NCBI GenBank assembly: GCA_951406725.2
Contig: OX597827.1
Coordinates: forward strand, 79,608,001 to 79,672,000
Length of the DNA stretch: 64,000 nt
DNA from: Octopus vulgaris
Taxonomy: Eukaryota
Direction of reading: 5' to 3'
Below the pieces are notes generated by a model. The model was not told the DNA's origin, made no database searches, and worked only from the letters and a program-made list of their open reading frames with translations. Made by a program: the position numbers and the translations under genes. Shown here one piece after another: positions 39,844 to 53,640 of this stretch (the first letter of the stretch is position 1; every line of letters starts with the position of its first letter).

Positions 39844-40800
39844 GTGGATTACCACAGAGATAGTTTAAATTACCACAGAGATAGTCAAGAAATTTTCAAT
39901 ACCTCAGCCTCCTATTACAATGAGGCACTTGTGTCCAGTGGTTTTAAGGACTGCATCTCCTATATACCAGGCCCTATTACCCACAAAAGGAGGTGCAGCT
40001 GGAACATCATTTGGTTTGCCCCACCCTTCTCACTCAACATCAAGACTCGTGTAGGAAGAATATTTCTCAGGTTAGTAGACAAGCACTTCACGCAGACACA
40101 CAGGTTCAGAAGTTTGTTCAATAGGCACAATGTAAGGGTCTCCTTTAGTTGTGCACCCATTACAAAAAGAATATTAGCAAACACCTATATAATGCAGAGA
40201 GAGGCTGGTTGCTCATGCAGAGAGTACAATGACCTCCCAGGGGGGAACCAATGTGAGGCTGAGGGAATCGTATATGAGGCTTTGGTGTACCCAGACCTAG
40301 CTACCCAAGTAATAGCAGCATTGGCTCATCCAGCAATGGCAACTGAAGCAGAAACACCAGCACTGATGCCAATGACCCCAACACCAGTATCACAGCTGGA
40401 GAAGATGGCCATGACAACACCAGAAGCACCAGTCCAATGTCCAGTATTACCATTGCTGACAGCAGCAGCAACACCAGCACTATGGCCAGGGATGACTGCC
40501 ACAATGACAACAGCCACAGTGATATCACCAGACCTCTGCTCTGTAATAACAGCTCCAATAACAGCAGTGGAAATAACAACTCCAGATCTGAAGCCAATGG
40601 AAGAGGTACCAGAGGTGTGAACACAACCAACACTCAAGGTCAGAACCGCCTTCAAGTGGCATCTGTACAACCACAGGTCCTCTTTCAGGATTCCAGAAAG
40701 ACAATTTGTCACATCCTTGGCAAGCCATGTGTGGTGCCTTAAAGAGGTATTCAGATTTACTATTAAATTCCTGACATGAGATTTATAGTCCCTGCCCCAT
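39844..40800 (+). mobile_element. Penelope-like element remnant (linker plus GIY-YIG) with low-complexity insert
   Basis: NIIWFAPPFSLNIKTRVGRIFL..KHF..FNRHNVRVSFSC..CSCR..C..IVYEALV. After TGA at 40620 the same frame reads FKWHLYNHRSSF..TSLASHVWCLK..FTIKF. Confidence 0.85.
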
Positions 40801-40819
40801 TTCAAACACTACCTGGTGC

Positions 40820-41217
40820 AAGCATGGGATTACATTGATCCCAGTGCTCAGCTGGTACTTATTTCATCAACCTTGTAAGGATGAAAGACAAAGTCAACCT
40901 CAAAGTTTGAATTCAGAACGTAAAAAAACAGATGAAATGACTCTAAGCATTTTACCTAGCATGCTAAGGATTCTGCTAGCTCACCACCTTACAAATGATA
41001 ATAATAATCCTTTCCTCTATAGGCACATTTTTTTTCCTTCTTTCCCCAATTTTGGGGGAGGGGACAAGTCAATTACAACAACCCCAGTGATATCAACCCC
41101 AAAATGATGAAAGCCAAAGTTGACCTCGGTGGAATTTGAACTCAGAACGTAAGGACAGATGAAATGCTTCTGAGCACTTTACCAGCATGCTAATGATTCT
41201 ACTAACTCACCGCCTTA
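40820..41217 (-). mobile_element. Two tandem SINE copies
   Basis: Repeated GATGAAAG.CAAAGT..ACCTC..TTTGAA.TCAGAACGTAA..CTCACC.CCTTA. Confidence 0.75.
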
Positions 41218-41305
41218 ATAGTAATAATAATAACAACAACAACAACAGCAACATAGTACATTTACCTTTAATGATGATAGTAATTATCTTTTTATTAGTT
41301 ATAAG

Positions 41306-41314
41306 TCTTACCTG
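41306..41314 (-). other. Candidate donor of an upstream 5'UTR exon
   Basis: CAG|GTAAGA on the minus strand in non-repeat sequence about 3.3 kb upstream of the acceptor. Motif only. Confidence 0.25.
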
Positions 41315-44300
41315 CTTGGTAAATGTCAGAAAATTCATATTTCTACCTACTTACTTTTTATTCATGCTTTGTTTAAAACTCAGTATACTTCAATATACTC
41401 AAACACATGTGCTCACTAGACTGTTTTCATACATGTGACTCTATTGACGGTAGAGTAAAAATGTATGGATTCTATAACAAGTAAAGTAACCAATTAATTT
41501 ATTTCATTCTTTATATCCATTTCAGTAATATTCTAATAATACTTAGTGATAGTTATTACGCATTTAGTTCATATCTTCAGAGGATATAATACCTATAATG
41601 ACTCTTAAATAATTAAATGTATAATTGCTATTACTAAAGTATTACTGAAATTACATGAAGAATGAAATGATTAAATTAATCTGCTGTTTTCCTTACTATT
41701 TAATATGCATGCATATGTGTATGCATGTACATCTATGTATGTATATATATTTAAAATATAAATATTGTATGAAAACTTTCAACATTATTGATAATATGAA
41801 CATGCATTTTTATAAATACTATCATATATCTAATATGTAAGTGTAAAACAGTATAGAAAAATTGAGAAATATTATATATTAATATTTATGATAACTGACA
41901 AAAATATTTAAACAACATTATACAGAAAATAAACAACTAAATGTGTGTATATAATTATGTTTGCATGTCAAAATATATTCAGTATATTTTTCTCTATTCT
42001 GTTTCTGAACTGAGATTATGTGGCTAGTTTAATGAAAAATAGCCACAGGAAATACCGAGTTAATGGAATGCCAACATTGCTGTATGATAGAATACTGCAG
42101 GGTATTGAAAGGCTAAGCTGTGAAATAGAGATTAACCATGTTAATGGATATAACCAAGAATAGCAAATGATAGTTCAAATATAAAGAGAATTCTAAGTGT
42201 AGACATTTTCATGAAGATATTAAGATGTAGAAAGAAAATATGTCTTTGGAACTTAAAAGAATTTTAGAAACTGAGAAATGAAAGGAATGAGAACATTTTC
42301 AAAGAGATTTCTCTGTAGTATTATATTCTAATACAGGATGTTTTCCTGTAATGGTATATTGTTGTTAGAGAGAATACATTTATGAGAGTGAGATAGAAAA
42401 TATACTTTTATAATAAATGTCAATAGAAATTGTCAGCTTAGAAAACAATTTCCATTTATTGTCATATCTGCTTTGTCTTCACTATAAGTCATATATATTG
42501 TGAAAATCCTAACTTAGAAAATTTGTTTCTTTAGAGATTTTTGACATTTAGCTTCAGTTTATATATTTCATCAGGTTTTTGGACATGATAGCAGCATTTA
42601 TTTGAGTGTACACACACACCCACACCCAATCACTCTCCTTCCCAAACTGACAAAGATACATATTCATATTTGCATATTAACATGCATAACTACCCATGAA
42701 AACTAAACATTCTTGATGATACAAAAGCATATTTCATACAGAATATATTAATAAAAAAAACAGTGTTTATCAACATATAAAACAAATACACACTCACACA
42801 CATATATAAATACATATACATATGTATGCCCATATAAATATATGTAATATTTCCCTTAAGAAAACTTTTCAAACATTTCATGGGTTAAAAAGGATTATAT
42901 ATCTAAAAAAAAAGTGCGAAAATATATGCCCTAATCACAATGAATAATATTTGCAAATATACACACATATATATTAACACTTTTCTATGCATAAGAGTGT
43001 TCAAATTTATAAATATTTATTGCTATTCCAAAGTTTTCTTTGCAGTTTAGTTCTTATACATAAACATACATACTTACACACACACTCACACACACATAAA
43101 TAACAGATGTGTGTGTGTGTGTGTGTAGAAAAGTGATCATTAAAGAAACTGGAAGGTGATTATATATCATCAGCTTCATTAGGCTGGTGGCCAGACAGCA
43201 TCTTTAAAATATCATGCAAAATTTGTTCTTATTTTTGTATTTATTCTGGCACTTTACATTTTGAGTTCAATCTATAACAAGGTAAGCTTTGCCTTCTATC
43301 CTTTTGGGGAAAAAATAGCATTAAATATCAGTCAAGCTCTTAGGTTGATTTAATCTACAGCTGATCTGTGCCAACATGCAATGGACTACCATAATACAGT
43401 AGATAACAAATCTCTGTTCCAATGACTGGTAAAGTGGTATATACTCAATGGGAATTTGTTCCTGTTACATCAAAATTACATATAACTATTATTGCTGCCA
43501 AAACAACTCACATAGTCTCATACACATATCCAATTATTCACTCACATACACACCTATTCTATCTCTCTCTAAAAGTGGATCGCATTCAAAAAGTTTACAC
43601 AAGCAAAGTAGGTATCAGTTTTATTGGTTTACTCTGAGTCTGCAATGGGGCATATATTGCTCTACCTTTTAATCTTACATTATTGTTTCTGTGGGCCTTA
43701 GACTCCTCAGATCTCACCTTACTACTTCTTACTATATCTATTTTAGTTTTCTTTTATTGCTGATAGCTTATGGAGGTTTTTCATCCAATAAATGTCATCA
43801 TGTGTACATAAATACATACAAACACACAAGTGCGCACACACAGGCACACACAAGCGCATGTGCACACACAAGCGCATGTGCACACACACACACACACACA
43901 ATCATGTTATTATCATTATTATTGTTATCATCATATTATATCCAGATTGCAAAATAGTGTGGAAGAGAAAATTGAGATATTATTGGAGAGAAGTGTGCAT
44001 GGATTGATAAATAACACTTTTGTTCTAATTGACAAAAAAAGGAAAAGACATGGAAGTGCTATTATAAGAGTTAGTTGAATGAGGAGAAAGAGCAACTAAA
44101 TTATAATTATACAGCAAATGCTGTGATGCTGTGGGTTATTCCATTCATTAGCAGCTATCAACTGATGATCACTCTGATTGGAGCACATTCATACAATACC
44201 ACTCAATCCAGTAGTGAAAGAGACAAACACTAATGCTAGCAGACATCTTCTAGGCTTCTCGACTTACAGCAAAGTATTCTACTCTGCCCATCTGTACAAT

Positions 44301-45615
44301 CACAATGTATCTTAGAAGATTGTACATTAAAGTAGGTGGAGTTGTTACTATCCCAGAAATACATTTATTTGTTTTTCTGTTGGCTTAAGATCGCCTGATC
44401 TATTCATAGTTCCTTGATGGAGCTGATAAGACTTGACAGGAGCTGGTAAGGCCAGGGGCCACACCAGGTGCCATAGTCTGTTCTGGCATGGTTTCTACAG
44501 CTGGATGCCCTTCCCAACACCAACCACTTTACAGAGTGTACTGGGTATTTTTATGTGATACCATCACCAATGCTTTTATGTGGCACCAGCAACAATGCCA
44601 ATGTTTTTTATGCGACACCTTGGTTTTAGGATATCAATTCTGTTGTGGTGGACAGGTCTTCTTGAGTACAGCAATGTGTCACATATCTCAATCTTGTCAT
44701 CTCCATATTTGTGCCATGCATGAAAATCTTGGACCTTGAGTAACTTTTGTGACTTTCTGCTGATTAAGAAGTCAAATATGAAAAGCCAGTACTCATGTAC
44801 TGAGTCATGCTTCTTCTGTTTATTTTACAAACCCCCCCCCCCCACATTTGTATTGTCAAGCAATATATTTCTGGGTATGGCATATTACTGGTCAGAATGC
44901 TACTATAGTTTTCATGCCAATATTGCCACTTGACAATATTGATTACTCTTCAAATATGATGGACAGAACTGTAAAGCATCTTTTATGCTAGATCTACATA
45001 GACTTTATGCTGGCTAAGATTTTCCATAGATTAGTGTTAACCATGGATTAAGTGTATAAACTATATGCATATACATATCATTCCCTTGATCAAAAATAAA
45101 CATAACCACATCACTAAAATGAATAGGCTTTCACAATGCTAGTGTCCAAAAATTTTGTTTTCTAAGATCAAGAATGTGTTTAGATCCTCTCTGCCAACTA
45201 GAGCCTACTTCTACTTCCATTAAGACATGGTCCAGAACATTCGGATCTCTGCAGTTTGGCTCACAGATTAAAAATTTCTTTTTTTTAACTAAACAGTTTG
45301 AAATTTTGTATACTGGTGTAATTTCTCATGCTGAACACGGTTTACTTTCAGCCTTTTTGACAAAATTTCATATTTTAGAAACTATTTCATGTTAAAGTTG
45401 TTGTATTTAGGTAATTTTTAAACAATCAGTGATGTGTATTCAGCCGAAGAAATCTACTGCTGTTTGCAATAGTAATCAAAGAGCAACAACTTCTGGATCA
45501 TCTCTGAATTCTGTTTACATATATATATATAAACATATATACATATACACAAAACAGATTCATTATGTTTATGTGTATTATATAAGTGTGTGTGTCTCTC
45601 TGTGTGCATGTAAGG

Positions 45616-45658
<43 letters not shown>

Positions 45659-45716
45659 CACACATACCCACACTTATATAATACACATAATGAATCTGTT
45701 TTGTGTATATGTATAT

Positions 45717-45805
<89 letters not shown>

Positions 45806-46794
45806 GATTATTCAAAAAGGATGAACAGATTTTATTACGCAACATTTTAATAAGGAAAAGCAATAGAAAACTCCATGTATTTATTCACAATCAACTTTTA
45901 TTTTCTGTCTTACAAGTGTTCAGTGTGGCCACCACCTGCAGCACGGGCAGACATGAATGTGATAAGAAAATTGCTGAGGACTTGCATTCTGAGAGTAAAC
46001 AAAAAACTGAAAGTTGCTGGAAGAACGACATGACCACATCACCCCTCTGTCCAAATTGAAGAGATCTGAACATTCCAACATGGCATTATATGGCATTTAT
46101 TCCTCTTTTGATTGCCATATATAGCTGGCTAAAGCTGTAACTTTTCTAGCTGCTAAAAGAGGATCAATATTGTCTACTGGTAATATCAGTATAAAACCAA
46201 CAGTAACATTTTCACCAGTTGTATACCATAACTAGTAATATATTGCTTGGTATAAAGATATACACACTCAAAATAAGTAATAGTGAGTTATTACTTATTT
46301 TGAGTGTGCTTTTTTAGTGATTTTTTGGGCAACTAACTGATAATATGTTTGACAAAATCCTTTGACTCATCAGACCTTCATGAATCATTCAGCCCATACC
46401 AACATGGAAGAGACACATTAAACAATCATGATGATGATGATGATGATGATGCTGTTGATATATAAAGTGCATACTGGAGAATGCAAGCATGGTAAAGATA
46501 AGCACAAAATAATTTCCAGGTAAACTAAAACTTAGGTACCAACTCCTTCAATCAAGGCAAGTGGCTTTGATTAGCTTTAAGAACAATTTTTGCTGAGTGG
46601 GTATTGAAGTAAAAAAGGTAGACAGACAAAAGTTGCCTCGTGGATATATAAAAACTCCTGTTATTCCATTCATCAATACATCTAATTATAGGATATTTTT
46701 ATGGCAGTAATCATGGTAAGTCTGAAACAGCTGTAAAGTTAAGACTTATTTCATCTGTTTTGTTTTTTATATTTCATATTTTCTATTACATTCC

Positions 46795-46976
46795 ATCTCG
46801 TGCCGGTGGCACGTAAAAGCACCCACTACACTCTCAGAGTGGTTGGCATTAGGAAGGGCATCTAGCTGTAGAAACTCTGCCAGATCAGATTGGAGTCTGG
46901 TTTGCCAGACCTCAGTCAAATCGTCCAACCCATGCTAGCATGGAAAGCGGACATTAAACGATGATGATGATGATGA
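46795..46976 (+). mobile_element. Short RTE-tail element (LINE 3' end or RTE-dependent SINE)
   Basis: Ends CATGGAAAGCGGACATTAAACGATGATGATG, the same 3' end as the RTE at 11460. Confidence 0.75.
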
Positions 46977-48858
46977 TATATATATACACATTCAAATACA
47001 TATATATATACACACACATAATAATGTGTATATGTACATGCATACATACATATATATATATATATATTATATTAAATTAGAGACAAAACCACTATTAGGC
47101 AAATCAATATTTATTCCCTAATATTTATTATATATATATATATGATATTAAAGTTTGAGGAGTATTTGAGGACACCCAATTACCAGTATAATTAATCTCT
47201 TCAAACCAGTTAAAAATCTTTCATTTCTTTCAGATCCCCTCATAGCTGATAAAATGCTAACACAAAAATTAAAGACATTCAGTTATTGTTGTTGTATATG
47301 AAGAACACAGTGATTTAGAAATTGCTAACTTTCTAAAGATGTGCACAAATTTTATTTAATATATTTAGAAGAGTAGATTTGTTTTATTCAATTTCTTAAT
47401 GTCCTCTCAATACTTCTTGTACCCTGTAATTTAATGTGTGTCTGTGTGTGCATGTATGTTTGTGTGCATGTGTGTGTGTGTGTATGTACATTAACAATCC
47501 ACAGTTACAGTTTCATTTCGAATCTGTTTTCTATTTAGTTTTCATTGCTACCTGACCTGATAGCAATATGCCATCTTTCTCTTTTGTTGTTTTAGTTTTG
47601 AGGTTCACTATTCCCATATCTGATATAAAAACTTCTTCCCGAGCCTTTTCTCTGATTTATTATGTACCAACATCTCTGGCAATTTTTCCAACATGCATCA
47701 TCCAGATAGCATTACATATCCATATAAGTATAAATGTTTCTTCTTGGTACATCCACCAATTCTTTTAATATCCATTTGCTTTCTCAGTTACTCCGCATCC
47801 TGTCACCAATGAAACACACAGTTTGCTGTAGAGTAACTGTACCAACTCACAAGTGTCTTTTGTACTTTGTTGCCAACATAGTAAGCACTTACCCGAGGCT
47901 CTCATTGCCTTCAAATCCTTTCCTACTTTCAAACTACCACTACCATCTTCACCATAAAGTAGCAACAGCTCTACATATATCACCTAGGAAACAAAAGTTA
48001 TCTAGTGAGCAATCAAAGCTGTTAATAATGTCCAAGTCACAAATGCTCATGTTTTTTACGCCATGTCTAAGAATCATGTACATTAGAAATATATTACATA
48101 TGGCAGTGAGACATGTAACGTAAAAGATGCAGTCTTGCATTTGAATAAAGCAAGATTACAATGATGTGCGTGTAAAGTGAACTTGAAAGAAAGAAATTTA
48201 TAAACTGAAAGGCTGTTTGGATTCGCATGTCAGTGTTGAGGAAAGAGAATATTATGGCTGTCTGGACACATTTATATACTGAATTACTCTATAATTTACA
48301 TTTTTTCTTTTAGTTCATACTATCGATATATGGACTCATATCATTCAACTTACTCCTGTTCTCGCATCTATTAAACACTAACATTATTTGTCTACAATTT
48401 ATTGTTGATATATATCACTCTCTACTTTTGTAAATACCTTAAACTTTAAGCTGGCTTTAGGCAGTTTTCAGATTAGTATTTCAAACTCTAGAAATTGAAA
48501 ATATTTTTCTTACAAAAATAATATTTTCAATTTGTAGACTTTCCAAACTTGCTACTTTCACTGCTCAAACTAATTCTGATATAAAAGCAATTTTAAATCA
48601 TAATATTTTTACATTATATATTCAATTGATTGTATAAATTATGAATTTATATGCAAAAAATGGTAAGGGGGAACAAATGCCTACGTGCATATATATTTGT
48701 ATACATATATATCCACACAGACTCATAAATGGATAAGTCAACTTATGCCCGTATAAGCACATACACATGGACATGTACAATAATAATCACACACACACAC
48801 ATGCCCAAATATATACATACATATCCTTCTATACATACACTGTGTATTTGTGTGAGTG

Positions 48859-48914
<56 letters not shown>

Positions 48915-48919
48915 AAAAA

Positions 48920-49320
48920 GTGAATAGAACTGGCTTTTCTGATAATTTTTCCTCTTTCATAATTAGATGTTCATAAGTTAGTAGGTGTTTACTGATATTT
49001 TAGAGTTTATTGTTCACTGTTTGAATAGGGAGTGTTTAATTATAAACATACACACTTACCATCACATACACACACACACATGCACACAAAAAAACCCATA
49101 GGACTGTACACATAAACACACGCACACTAACTTAAACTTTTCATTCTCTGACTGAATTTGGGTGTGTCAAGCTATCAGGCATTTTGTCTTTTTCTATGAG
49201 AAATTCTAATTGTTAACTTTTACCTGCATTCACCTGATGAAAACAGTTTTTTTGCACGATGTAACAGTTCTGTTCATTAATAAAAAAACAGGTCTGAAAC
49301 AACTGTAGTGAACCATAACC
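48920..49320 (+). mobile_element. Penelope-like 3' remnant carrying a hammerhead motif
   Basis: Decayed GIY-YIG C-terminus (LLIF*SLL..LNR) followed about 200 nt later by a hammerhead core. Confidence 0.5.
49229..49312 (+). ncRNA. Type I hammerhead ribozyme (minimal Penelope type, partly mutated)
   Basis: TTCAC / CTGATGA / stem II (AAACAGTTTTTTT ... AAAAAAACAGGTCT) / GAAAC AACT GTA / GTGAA. Stem I pairs TTCAC with GTGAA; cleavage triplet GUA at 49305-49307. Confidence 0.7.
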
Positions 49321-49639
49321 CATCTGTTGTTATCTGTTCTTCACCTAACTTGGAACTTTCAATACATTTGGATCTGGAGCCTATAGACATCGGTGTAATA
49401 GGTGCAGTGAGTGTACCCATGTATGACTTTGATGACACATTGTGTATTCAGTCATCCACTTGTGAATGTATGCATAACTGGAGGGATAAATTTGTATGTA
49501 CTTTAGGGAGTACATATTTATTGTTATATATTGTTTGTACAGTCATACTGTCACCAACCCTACCTTGGTGCTTTCACTATCTAAATACCTGGTTCTCTAG
49601 ACTCTTGGAAAATGCTTACATATATATATATATATATAT

Positions 49640-50870
49640 ATATAGTTGTATAGGGAAAAGAAACAGCTATAGAAGGACAAGAAGTGTGATGGTGACAAGG
49701 AACTGTATCAGATCACCAGAAGGGAAGCTAGGAGAAACAGATATGGAAGGACTGGAAGTGTGGTGGTAGCAGGGAAGTGTAGGAGACAGGTTTACTTAGC
49801 CAGAGGGAAAGCAGATAAGAAAGAATTTGCCAATGTCCTGCATCATGAAGATCAGAGACTTGAAGTGTTTTGTATTGCAAGACAGTGTGTTTCAGAGAAT
49901 CGTGATGTCATAGGAGAAAAATGTGCCTGCAAGGATGATAGCTCACTTGCATTTAATGATGCTGCAAAGAAAGTGACTTGGAGACACCACTATGAAAGGT
50001 TGCTAAATGAAGAGAATGAATGAGAGAGAGAGGGAGAGAGAGAGAATCTACCAAGTGTCAAACCAACAGAGGGACCAGCTATCCGAATTAACAGTACCTT
50101 GGTAGATAGAGCAATTAAGGGTATGAAGGGTATAACCAGGCCCATCAGGAATCACTACTGAGATGCTTTAAATATCTGGTGCTGTAGGCTATAGTCTAGT
50201 CACCCATATAATCAACCAGGTGATATATGAAGTAGGCATACCCAATGATTGGTGAAGCAGCACCATAGTCAACTGCTGCAAAGGTAAAGGAATAATTACA
50301 GAGGTATCAAATCGTTGGATCAGGTGATGGAACTCATGGAGAGGGTCATAGCCCAACTAAATAAGGACAGGGTTAGTCTAGACGAGATGCAGTTTGGGTT
50401 TGTACTAGGGAGAAGCACCACTAATGCTATATTTATGGTAAGACAGCTGCTGGAGAAATTCCTAGCCAAAGATAAACCTCTGTACTGGCTTTCATTGACA
50501 TGGAGAGAGCTGTACTTCCGGGTAGAAGTAGGGGCTTACCAAGGATCGGTCCTCTTATTTATCATAGTCCTCCAGGCAAGACCAGAGGAATTCAAGACAG
50601 ACCGCCTCTAGGAGCTCCTCTTTGTTGATGACCTTGCTCTAATAGCTGAGTCACATGACCAATGCCAGTGTCACCTGATTGGCTTCCGTACTGGTGGCAT
50701 GTAAAATGTACTCACTACATTCTCAGAGTGGTTGGTGTTAGGAAGATAATCCAGCTGTAAAAAACCTTGTCAGAACAGATTGGAGCATGGTGCAGCCTCC
50801 TGTCTTGCTATTCCTCAGTCAAACTGTCCAACCCATGCCAGCATGGAAAGCGGATGTTAAGCAATGATGA
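49640..50870 (+). mobile_element. RTE-clade LINE fragments (same family as 11460-13078) with 3' tail
   Basis: WRHHYERLLNEENE, MQFGFVLGRSTTNAIFMVRQL, GAYQGSVL, LFVDDL; ends CATGGAAAGCGGATGTTAAGCAATGATGATG. Confidence 0.85.
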
Positions 50871-51469
50871 TGTGTCTATGTATGTATGTCATGATTATCA
50901 TCGTTTAACAGACATCTTTCATATACAGGCATGAGTTGGTTGTTTCAATAAGAGCTGATGAATGAGAGGACTGCATCATGCAGTAACGTATGTTTTGGCA
51001 TCGTTTCTATGGCTGGATATCCTTCCTAACACCAACCACTTTTCAGAGTGTACTGGGTGCCATGAAAAAGGCACCCAGTGAGGTCACCATGTAAGATGCA
51101 TGACTAAAGATTCCTCTTGATTGTGTGAAGCTAAAGTAGAGAAGGAGATGGCCTTTTCCTAAGTGTTGAGAGGCAAAGTATGAAAGAAATGACAAAAACA
51201 GGTTTCTTATTCTAGAGAAGATACTTGACTTCCTCACATTATATAAGAATGGTTGAAAATAATTAGAGGTAGACCTTTCCTTTCTAATATCACCCATATA
51301 TGTACATGTGCATATTGTAGTAAAGGAGAGAATAAAGTCAATCATCTGTAGCAAATGGAAGTAACATTCTAATAAATATAATTCTAAATGGTACTACTTG
51401 AAATTGGAATACTGTTCTCTACTTCTATAAAAGAAAATGAAGAATGGATCCATAATTCATTCTAATGAT

Positions 51470-52800
51470 CACGTCACGTGACTGATTTAAAGCATGCTGC
51501 ATGTCTTTTTTCCCATGCAGTTTTACTTTGAGGTTGGACGACTGAAATTGGTGAGAGAATGCATAGAGTCAGTTTGTGTTGTGAGCAGGTGGTGTGTACT
51601 TGGGCAATGAGGAACTACAATCAGTGTGGAGTCAGGCGACAAGGAACTACAACCAGTGTGAAGTCGGGCAACAAAAAATTACATTCAGTGTGAACTCAGG
51701 CGACGAAGAAATACATTACACAAGACATCCAGACATGTACAACTACTTCTTCCACTCTAAGCAAGTTGGCTTCCTGGGCTGGCCTGTGATTTTCCAGCTG
51801 CTGACTTGACTGTTGGAGCCATGTTGGTGTCAGGAGGCTGCGTTTTGCAACATTTGAAGTTGGGATATTGATTGCTGCAGTGGCCATGAGCCAATTATTC
51901 TCCATGGATTCAGAAGGAGTGCATACAAGGAATCAGGCAGGGAATGAAGATTTGTCTCTGGCTGCAATAATTAAAATGTTACAAGACCAAAGTGATAAAC
52001 TGACTGAGTTTAAGGAAGAGCAGAAAGAACAGCACACATGTCTTCAGAACAGCTGGGCACATTCATGAGCAAAATGAAGACGGATCAACAGCAATTGCAA
52101 GAGGAACAATAACAGTTCAAGAAGGTAAGTGAAGAACTACAGCAGTACAGACGTGAGGTGAGTGATGATGTTACATGATGCAAGCAACATGTAGACCAAC
52201 AGTTGAAAATATTTAATGAGAGAATGGAGGCTGTAGAACAGTTTTGTACAACTGAACCAAGGCTGATGTGCAGAGAGTGTGTGGAAATGATGTACAAAAT
52301 GTGCTGAATTTTGAAGATGACCAAACCTCCTAAGATGCTCTTTCAGGAGTGGGTGTTCCTGCTAGTGGTCAGAAGGTAGTTTTGGATACAATGAGGCTCC
52401 AATATTTAGATCCTGATCCAGCAAAGTGGAAGGCTGCAGTGGAGTTCCCATTAAGAAACCAAAAGAATTTGATGGCAACATGTCATGGGAGGCCTACCGA
52501 ATCCAGTTTGAACTGTTGGCTGACCACAATAGGCAAAGAGCAGTTCAGCTTGCTACTAGTCTAAAGGGTGCTGAGCCAGTTGTCAGTGGAGCGCAAGAGC
52601 AGTTATTCATCACTAGTTGAAGTGTTACAGAGAAGATATGACACTATGTACCAGAGTGAAGAGTACAAGGTATGATTTCAGATCTGCATAAGAGTTAGAG
52701 CTTGTCCAGGACCTGGAGAGTATGGTACATAAGGCATACCCTATGGCAACATCTGACTTCTTGGTTCTTCTTCTGAAAGATCAATTTATTGACTATTGGA
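51470..52800 (+). mobile_element. Second Gypsy-type remnant: LTR (left end uncertain), tRNA-Leu PBS and decayed gag
   Basis: CA then TGGTGTCAGGAG at 51825-51836. A coiled-coil-like region is followed by gag-like KPKEFDGNMSWEAYRIQFELLADHN..AVQLATSLKG. Confidence 0.75.
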
Positions 52801-52888
52801 CTTGAAACCAGACACATGGACGAAAACTAAAGATGCTTTAAAACATACATATTTTGCAACACACACAAAAACACATATGTATACATAC

Positions 52889-52954
<66 letters not shown>

Positions 52955-52996
52955 CATATATATTGGAAAATGTGTAAGATCCTTAGTACAGTTAGG

Positions 52997-53196
52997 TATA
53001 TTTGAAGAAAGTAAAATAATGACTTCACTGGTAGTACTAATCAGTTTAATTTATTATTTTTTTATTTCTTAATAATATAGATTTAACACATTAGTTTGTC
53101 GTGTAAAATTTATATTACTAAAAGATTAAAAAATGATAAATTAAACTGCTTAGAACTACCAGTGAAGTCATTCTGTTTTTCTTATTTCAAATATAT
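52997..53196. repeat. Imperfect palindrome of about 200 bp (MITE-like)
   Basis: AATGACTTCACTGGTAGT..CAGTTTAATTTAT pairs with ATAAATTAAACTG..ACTACCAGTGAAGTCATT. Confidence 0.85.
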
Positions 53197-53640
53197 ATCT
53201 ATTTGAAATTTTAAACATGGATATATAAGAGAGTGGGACATTCTGTAATCTAAAAAGATTTTCAAAATGTTAGATTATGAAATGCTCCACTCTTCCATGT
53301 ATCCATGTTTAAAATTTCAGCATGATTGGATGAACAATGGCAGAAGAATCCAGACAAAAAGATTACAAAAATAGCGGTTCTCACTTTGAAACTGATAATC
53401 GCTATTTTTGTAATCTTTTTGTCCAGTTTCTTCCGTCATGCTGTTTATCAAAAGCAATGAGTTACTCAGACAGCCTGCGCATGCCATTTCGCTGGCAACA
53501 AGAGGAGTACAGGATGACAGTCAGCCAAAACCATCACTATGCTGTCTCTCTTCTTTCCTCTCTCTAGACGTAGAGGGCTCAATACAATTATCTAACTTAA
53601 AGCAACAGTTGGCAAATGCAAAAAGCCAAAGAACTGTTAA

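Noticed and set aside
40301-40805. Minus-strand hydrophobic ORFs (159 aa, 110 aa)
   Set aside because: Shadow frames of the low-complexity insert in the Penelope remnant.
42541-42580. CTGATGA..GAAGC..GTC on the minus strand
   Set aside because: No GAAA core and no stem I or II pairing.
45429-46059. YIYI/THTH/NNNN-rich ORFs here and elsewhere in the track
   Set aside because: These are translations of microsatellites.
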